Shown here: one piece after another, positions 57,887 through 64,000 of the stretch
How the letters are laid out: each line of letters starts with the position of its first letter
Position numbering within the stretch: the stretch's first letter is position 1
Source: Escherichia phage ECML-4
Strand: one strand, 5' to 3'
Sequence record: JX128257
Length of the DNA stretch: 64,000 nucleotides
The notes under the pieces: model-generated
Database searches by the model: none
Seen by the model: only the letters and a program-made list of their open reading frames with translations
What the model was told of the DNA's origin: nothing
Program-made: the position numbers and the translations under genes

Positions 57887-60652
57887 ATGACCAGAAATGT
57901 AGAAGAATTATTCGGCGGCGTAGTCACAGCTCCCCACCAGATTCCTTTCACTTATAAATCAAGTGTCGGTGGAGAAACTTTCTTTTCTCTACCTTTCTAT
58001 CCTGTCACTGGTGTTGTCACAATCAACGGTGGTATGCAAGTTCCGTTAGAGAACTTCGAGATAGACGGGAATACGTTGAATCTCGGGCGCGCATTGTCCA
58101 AAGGCGATGTTGTGTATTGCTTATTCGATAAAATTCTTTCACCAGAAGACACTGCCAAAGGCATCCGCATATACAAATTTCAAGCCGTGGGTGGAGAAAC
58201 CGAATTCACGCCTGACTTTACTTCTTATGGTGTACAGTCTCTTTATATCGGTGGCGAATACAAAACTCCTGATATAGAATATTCATACAACAGTACGACT
58301 GGGAAAGTGTCTTTGCAAACTGCATTGACTGCAGGCGTTTGGGTAGTCGCTGAAATCTCTGTTAAACAACCGAATATCAGTCCGGCGTTTGACCGCAGTA
58401 TTCAAGAAATTGCCCGTTCTGCTAATGTGAAAGACTCTGAAGTCATCGTTAGTACGGACACCATATCTTTGTTGGATGGGAAGAAAGTTGTTTATGACAT
58501 AGCGGCACAAACCAGTTATGGTTTACCAACCATTCCTGATGGTTCTGTCATTTCTACGATCTCAGACGGGAAATTGAATTACAACCCAGGTGATGTGCAG
58601 GTTGATTTGTTGCCTTTAGAAGATTCATTTATTAATGTGATAAACACTCTGGGGCGCAATGATGGTGCCAAGTATATCGGAGAATGCCATTCTGTTGCTG
58701 ATCTCAGGAATACTGAACCCACTATGGATGGACAACGCATTATTCTTAAGCAACACACTGCGGGTACTCTTCTTGGTGGAGGGGTATTCCGTGCGTTAAT
58801 TGATGGTACAGGAAAGACTGATGATAACGGTACTGTGATCAAAACTGTTGGCGGCGCAGCCTGGTTACGTGTTAATGCTGATAGAGTTAACCCATTCATG
58901 TTTGGTGCTTTGGGTGGTTCTAATGATGATACTATTCCAGTACAATCTTGTGTGGACAGTGGTAAGGCCACACAATTAACTGGTATACATTACGTTAGCA
59001 ATATCCAGTTAAAATATAATACGTCGTCTATTTATGGGTCTGGATTACATTACTCCAGGTTGCATCAGTTGCCTTCTGCTACTGGGAATTGTATTACCAT
59101 AAAAGATACATGCTCCCTTATTGTATTAGACTCCTTTGGGGTATATGGCACAGGTGCACAACAAGGCACATCATTTACTGCGGGTACAACAGGTATCTAT
59201 ATAGAAACTCCTTCAGGTCTCTCAGCCGATTATCCGTTCCACACTACCGCAGACCCAAGACGCGACTTGTGTATTTCTAAGGTCCATATAGCAGGTTTTG
59301 ATGAATATGGGTTAAATATTGATAGTGGTAACTTTAGTGTTACTACAGATTCTCTTTTAGTCAACCACATCAATCAGGTGGGCGTCCGTTGTGCTACTAC
59401 TGATTGGACTTGGACAAATATCCAGGTTAATACCTGCGGTAAACAATGTCTGGTTCTTGATGGTTGTGGTAATGGTCGTATTATTGGTGGTAAATTCATT
59501 TGGGCTAACTGGCAACCTTATGGTACAGTAGGACAGTTCCCAGGCATTACTATTAATAATAGCCAGAATATGGTTATTAATGGTATTGAGGTACAAGATT
59601 GTGGCGGGAATGGCATTGAGATTAGCGATTCATATTCAATTTCCATGAACGGATTGAACACCAATCGTAACGGCATCAACGCTAACAACACTTTCTACAA
59701 CATCGTATTTAACAAAAGTGATGCAGTTATCAACGGATTCGTAGGACTCAATTATGCCGCGAATAGTGGTTCAGGTGCTAACTCTAGTGCGGGCAATTTT
59801 CAGTTCCTGTCTAATGATTGCAGCGTCACCATTAATGGTGTGGTTGAGACTGGTTATATGGGCATTAACTTTATTGGTGATAACAATATTATCAACCCCA
59901 CAAATTCCGACCTGAGCATTAACGGATTGGTTAATTATTCCAAGACTGGTTTGCAAACCATGAACGAGACCCCTACATTTGATGGTGTTAGCACTACACC
60001 TGTTTATGTAAGTGTCCCATCTTCTGTAGGGCAAGTAAATGGTCTGAGACTATCACAAGCCAACAAAGATAAATTACTGTACTCAAGAACAGCAGGTCCA
60101 GAAGGTATTACCATGGCTGCTGTTGTAGTACCTACCATATCTGGAGCTGAAGTATTTAACTTCATGGCCATTGGTTCAGGGTTTAGTGATACATCCAACA
60201 GTCTTCATCTTCAATTAGTTATAGACGCTTCCGGAAAACAAACAATTGCTTTGCTATTGGGGGGCGATGGTACAACCCAAATTTTATCTGGGGATTTACC
60301 TAACGACCTTAAACTACAAAGTGGTGTGCCATATCATATAGCTATTGGTGCTAAACCTGGATATTTCTGGTGGAGTATTCTTAATATTCAGACGGGTAAG
60401 AGAATCAGACGGTCATTCCGAGGCGCTTATTTAGCTGTACCATTTAATTCTATATTCGGATTAACTTCTTCATTAACATTCTTCTCGGATAGCAATGCTG
60501 GTGGGGATGCCTGTTCTGGTGTAGGTGCTAAAGTGTATGTTGGTATGTTCTCTTCTGAGAATGATTATGTAGCTTCACGGTACTACAACCTGATTAATCC
60601 TGTAGACCCTAATAAGTTAATTAGTTACCGTATATTGGATTCTTCTATTTAA
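57887..60652 (+). CDS. tailspike protein (about 921 aa) with beta-helix region
   Basis: start set to ATG 57887 by analogy with the other tailspikes; module FDRSIQEIARSANVKDSEVIVS...VVYDIAAQTSYGLP homologous to the 52125 gene; Gly/Asn-rich repeats. Confidence 0.75.
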   Translation: MTRNVEELFGGVVTAPHQIPFTYKSSVGGETFFSLPFYPVTGVVTINGGMQVPLENFEIDGNTLNLGRALSKGDVVYCLFDKILSPEDTAKGIRIYKFQAVGGETEFTPDFTSYGVQSLYIGGEYKTPDIEYSYNSTTGKVSLQTALTAGVWVVAEISVKQPNISPAFDRSIQEIARSANVKDSEVIVSTDTISLLDGKKVVYDIAAQTSYGLPTIPDGSVISTISDGKLNYNPGDVQVDLLPLEDSFINVINTLGRNDGAKYIGECHSVADLRNTEPTMDGQRIILKQHTAGTLLGGGVFRALIDGTGKTDDNGTVIKTVGGAAWLRVNADRVNPFMFGALGGSNDDTIPVQSCVDSGKATQLTGIHYVSNIQLKYNTSSIYGSGLHYSRLHQLPSATGNCITIKDTCSLIVLDSFGVYGTGAQQGTSFTAGTTGIYIETPSGLSADYPFHTTADPRRDLCISKVHIAGFDEYGLNIDSGNFSVTTDSLLVNHINQVGVRCATTDWTWTNIQVNTCGKQCLVLDGCGNGRIIGGKFIWANWQPYGTVGQFPGITINNSQNMVINGIEVQDCGGNGIEISDSYSISMNGLNTNRNGINANNTFYNIVFNKSDAVINGFVGLNYAANSGSGANSSAGNFQFLSNDCSVTINGVVETGYMGINFIGDNNIINPTNSDLSINGLVNYSKTGLQTMNETPTFDGVSTTPVYVSVPSSVGQVNGLRLSQANKDKLLYSRTAGPEGITMAAVVVPTISGAEVFNFMAIGSGFSDTSNSLHLQLVIDASGKQTIALLLGGDGTTQILSGDLPNDLKLQSGVPYHIAIGAKPGYFWWSILNIQTGKRIRRSFRGAYLAVPFNSIFGLTSSLTFFSDSNAGGDACSGVGAKVYVGMFSSENDYVASRYYNLINPVDPNKLISYRILDSSI

Positions 60653-60653
60653 A

Positions 60654-60677
60654 AATATACCCCTCTTCGGAGGGTAT
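60654..60677 (+). promoter_or_regulatory. ATACCC hairpin with TTCG tetraloop upstream of fourth tailspike
   Basis: ATACCCTC-TTCG-GAGGGTAT followed by T-run; AGGAGA SD then ATG 60707. Confidence 0.5.
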
Positions 60678-60706
60678 TTACTAGAGAAAAACAGGAGATT
60701 CTTATT

Positions 60707-62941
60707 ATGAATCCGCAATTTGCTCAACCAAAAGGTTCTACTTCAAAAGAATCGAACAAAGACAGTATTGCTCGTAAATTTGGGTGTAAAAAGTCGGAAG
60801 TCGTTTATGCGAAATCAGGACAGTCCTTGTCTGGATATAAGGTTATTTATGACAAGGAAACACAGAGAGCGTATTCCTTGCCTGTAGATATTCCAGCAGG
60901 AACCACGGCTATTAGCCTTAGCGCCAGTGCTCTGCTTGTACACTCTGGGGGTTCTGTAGACCTGGGCGAACTAGCTTCCCAACGCAATGAATATAATGTA
61001 TTACCTGGTTCTTTTACTACTGGTGCAATAGTATCCACAAAGAATGATGTACTTACCCACAATGGTATCCAGTATCGTTGGAATGGTTCATTACCTAAAG
61101 TTGTACCTCAGAACTCTTTACCATCCAGTGATGATAATTGGATTGGCTTGGGTGCTTCTTATCTGAAGGAACAGCTTAACAGTACCAGTGGTGCATCCAT
61201 GGTAGTACTGGCTAATGGCAAAACCATTGAAGAAGAATTTGCCGAAGAAGCTGCATGGCAGAACCAAGAGAATATGGTGAGAACCGTTATTCCTAATGTT
61301 TATCACCATATCCGTGGCGTTCAGCGTCACTCTGGTAAAAACTTAGCATGGTCTGCTCCAGACGTTGCTATTGATAAACTTAACCCTACGGATACCGTCT
61401 TCTACCGTATGCCCCAGATTGTTAAAACTGGTGATGGTACTCTGATGATTTTCTGTAATGAGTTGCATGGTAACAATACAGATATTGGTGCTACTCCAGA
61501 TCAGCAATGTAATATCGTTATGAAATACTCCATTGATAATGGGTGGTCTTGGTCGGCTAAGGTAGTGGTAGCTAACTTTGGGGCTACGTATCAGAACGGT
61601 GAGATTGCTGCTGTGTATAACCCAGTAGATGGTCGGGTATACTGTTACTTTACTTCCTGCAAAGGCCAGTTGGGTTGGGGATACTCACAGCCAGGCAATG
61701 ACCCTAATACATCATCCCAGATATATGTTACCTACTGTGATGCGGAAGCTCCTACTATATGGCGTACACCAGCTAACATTACTGCTACCCTTAAGCCAGC
61801 AACGGCAGATTTTATCTGGACTTCACCAACTAAACCAGTTGTTTTACCGGATGGTAAGATGGCAATGATTGTGTCTACCGTCACTGGTTCACGGGTTGAT
61901 TCTTTCCTTACCATCATGAAGTATGACATTAAGTACAGCATGGACTACGTACTTAGTTCCGAAGAATCTGGTGGGGAAGTCGGACTGAACCTTTTGCCGG
62001 ATGGTCGTATGGTGATGAACTCTCGTGCTTACCACACCACAGACCTTAAAGGGCTTCAGAAATTCTATATCAGTGATCATCAGTTTAAGAACTGGCAGCA
62101 CTTATCTGATTTAGTTACATCGGATAGTAAGGGTGACCTGGTTCCTATTTTTGATGGGGTTAATGGTGTTCTTACTTGGGCGTTTACTTGTGCTAATGGT
62201 GTAGGTGATAATTCTATTGGTCGTACTAACTACCGAGTATGGATTAGTCGTGACCTAGTTACTTGGGGGTTAGCTCCTACTGGGGATATCAACACAAGTG
62301 ATTCTGTTGGGTACATCGCATCAATGCCTGGTGGTGATGATGGTTATGTAATCTCTACATCTGAATCAGGTGGTTTTGGTGGTATTTGGTTTACTCAATG
62401 GAATGCTAAGTATATCCAGAACAGAAACTACAACCGCTATCACAAAGAGTTGCGAGAATTAGAGTCAGTAGATGAAACAGCAATGCTCGCATCCGGCGCT
62501 ATTCCTAACTACTCTTTTTACGTAAACAAAGACTCCAACCTAATTAACTTCAACCGCAACGGTACTCCAGTTAAGATTCAGCAATTGGGGGTTAGTCAGA
62601 ATGCTGTTGATAAGTACACTACAACTCAGACCCTAGCATCTATTCCTGTAGATGGTGTTGATATTGTATTAGTCACTGGTTCCGGTATTACTCTTACCCT
62701 TAGTGGGTTTAGCGGTGGATATATGGGCCAGCGTGTGACAGTTATCTCTGATTCATCTGGTGGTGGGGTAGTGCTTAAACGTGCTGATACAACATTGCCT
62801 ACTGTAACGGACAGATTCCACTTTAATGTGGCAGGAGCCTTTACTGCTTTGAGGGTAGACTATGCAACTAAGATGATGGTTACTTTAGTTAAGACTCCAT
62901 CTGGTTGGTTCACGGAAAGTATTGCTAACGTAACAATCTAA
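60707..62941 (+). CDS. tailspike protein (744 aa) with Asp-box (BNR) beta-propeller-like domain
   Basis: N-terminal anchor KVIYDKETQRAYSLP...HSGGSVDLGELA...LPGSF; Asp-box-like SIDNGWSWS and SRDLVTWG in the C-terminal half. Confidence 0.75.
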   Translation: MNPQFAQPKGSTSKESNKDSIARKFGCKKSEVVYAKSGQSLSGYKVIYDKETQRAYSLPVDIPAGTTAISLSASALLVHSGGSVDLGELASQRNEYNVLPGSFTTGAIVSTKNDVLTHNGIQYRWNGSLPKVVPQNSLPSSDDNWIGLGASYLKEQLNSTSGASMVVLANGKTIEEEFAEEAAWQNQENMVRTVIPNVYHHIRGVQRHSGKNLAWSAPDVAIDKLNPTDTVFYRMPQIVKTGDGTLMIFCNELHGNNTDIGATPDQQCNIVMKYSIDNGWSWSAKVVVANFGATYQNGEIAAVYNPVDGRVYCYFTSCKGQLGWGYSQPGNDPNTSSQIYVTYCDAEAPTIWRTPANITATLKPATADFIWTSPTKPVVLPDGKMAMIVSTVTGSRVDSFLTIMKYDIKYSMDYVLSSEESGGEVGLNLLPDGRMVMNSRAYHTTDLKGLQKFYISDHQFKNWQHLSDLVTSDSKGDLVPIFDGVNGVLTWAFTCANGVGDNSIGRTNYRVWISRDLVTWGLAPTGDINTSDSVGYIASMPGGDDGYVISTSESGGFGGIWFTQWNAKYIQNRNYNRYHKELRELESVDETAMLASGAIPNYSFYVNKDSNLINFNRNGTPVKIQQLGVSQNAVDKYTTTQTLASIPVDGVDIVLVTGSGITLTLSGFSGGYMGQRVTVISDSSGGGVVLKRADTTLPTVTDRFHFNVAGAFTALRVDYATKMMVTLVKTPSGWFTESIANVTI

Positions 62942-62948
62942 AATACAA

Positions 62949-62974
62949 GCCCCCAATAAGGGGGCTTTCTTTTG
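62949..62974 (+). terminator. rho-independent terminator
   Basis: AGCCCCCAATAAGGGGGCT hairpin followed by TTCTTTT. Confidence 0.6.
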
Positions 62975-63105
62975 CTATGTCTCGTTAACCTGACAGGAAC
63001 TGGAAGTTCAAAACTATCAGGTGGAGGAACTGGGTTTTTATTTCTATCTGTTTGTTGGCTGTATACTAAATATCTCTATAAAATGGCACTAGATGGAGCA
63101 TCAAA

Positions 63106-64000
63106 ATGCAATCTACAAATTTAAACCGTCGCCCGTATTGGGATGACTGGAATCCTGGGAAACGTTTTTCACGGATTCTTTTTCGTCCGATGCCTATCAA
63201 GGTTCAGACTCGCGAACTGAACCAGATGCAGACTATTCTTCAGGATCAAATTGAAAAACTGGGCAACCATCTGTTCAAAGATGGTTCTATGGTTATCCCT
63301 GGCGGTCTGACGATCACCAATGCCGCAGTCTCTTTGAAATTCACTTTGGCGGGTGGTACTGAATTCACCGATCTGGAAGGTATTTCTGAACTCTACGTTT
63401 TGGGGAAAGACAATAACGCCAAAGCGCGTGTGTTGTCTCTTGAACGTGATCTGTCTGCTCCTGATACGATGTTGGCCATCCTTGAGATGACTGAAGCGGG
63501 TAATGCTGACGGATTCCATGTTAACGATAATCTGTATTTCCAGACTTACGACGTGAATGATAATTTCATTCGTATTGGTTATGGGATCGCGGCTGCTGTA
63601 ACTGGTTCTATCGTTGCTCGTATGACGAAAGGCGTTTACTTCATTCGTGGGATGTTCCTTGATGTTGATGACGCGACTCTCATCGTCGATAAAACTTCAA
63701 ACACTTCTTCCCATCGCGTCGGGTTTAAAGTCACCGAAACCATCGTGACTGAATCTGAAGACGAATCCCTTTATTCAAACGCTCAGGGAACGATTAACTC
63801 CAAAGCCCCAGGCGCTCATCGTCTTCGAATAGATCTGGTCTTATCTCGATTTGATTATGATGCTGTGGTTGAAGACTTTGTTGAACTGGCCAAAGTTCGT
63901 GATGGTAAAATCCAGTCTATGGTGACTCAGTCCACCTATAATATTCTGGAAGACACGTTGGCTCAACGGACGTATGAAACCAACGGCGATTACAACGTTT
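63106..64000 (+). CDS. virion structural protein, 5' partial (runs off window end)
   Basis: open frame from ATG 63106 (GATGGAG SD) to the window end with no stop; part of late module. Confidence 0.5.
   Translation, partial: MQSTNLNRRPYWDDWNPGKRFSRILFRPMPIKVQTRELNQMQTILQDQIEKLGNHLFKDGSMVIPGGLTITNAAVSLKFTLAGGTEFTDLEGISELYVLGKDNNAKARVLSLERDLSAPDTMLAILEMTEAGNADGFHVNDNLYFQTYDVNDNFIRIGYGIAAAVTGSIVARMTKGVYFIRGMFLDVDDATLIVDKTSNTSSHRVGFKVTETIVTESEDESLYSNAQGTINSKAPGAHRLRIDLVLSRFDYDAVVEDFVELAKVRDGKIQSMVTQSTYNILEDTLAQRTYETNGDYNV

Noticed and set aside
1-64000. CRISPR arrays, integrase/transposase genes, prophage att sites
   Set aside because: No regularly spaced direct repeats and no recombinase-like ORF seen; content is consistent with a virulent phage

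Overview
The window reads as a segment of a large virulent tailed dsDNA phage with T4-like core genes; the four consecutive tailspike genes with shared N-terminal modules resemble the multi-tailspike architecture of Ackermannviridae (Vi01/CBA120-like), an attribution from memory, not from a search. Layout: (i) 0-5 kb, minus-strand tail/baseplate-type virion genes; (ii) 5-43 kb, densely packed minus-strand early/middle genes with many translationally coupled small ORFs, including dCMP deaminase, a two-subunit type II topoisomerase, rIIA/rIIB, family-B DNA polymerase, DEDDh exonuclease, MazG-like NTPase, metallophosphatase, a P-loop kinase, a PLP enzyme, a HAD hydrolase, LemA, and three ADP-ribose-related proteins (macro domain, NADAR, ART-fold); (iii) 43.6-44.9 kb, five minus-strand tRNAs (Ile-GAT, Ser-GCT, Tyr-GTA, Asn-GTT, Met-CAT); (iv) 44.9-47.3 kb, an ORF-poor region full of long perfect inverted repeats and tRNA-like minihelices, which I rate the most likely undescribed element; (v) 48.2-64 kb, plus-strand late module with baseplate-like proteins, a repeat-containing fiber and four tailspikes, each preceded by a conserved ATACCCC/GGGGTAT hairpin. 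No integrase, transposase or CRISPR array was seen. All calls rest on motif recognition by eye; nothing was searched or folded computationally. The supplied ORF track uses alternative start codons, so many starts are uncertain.
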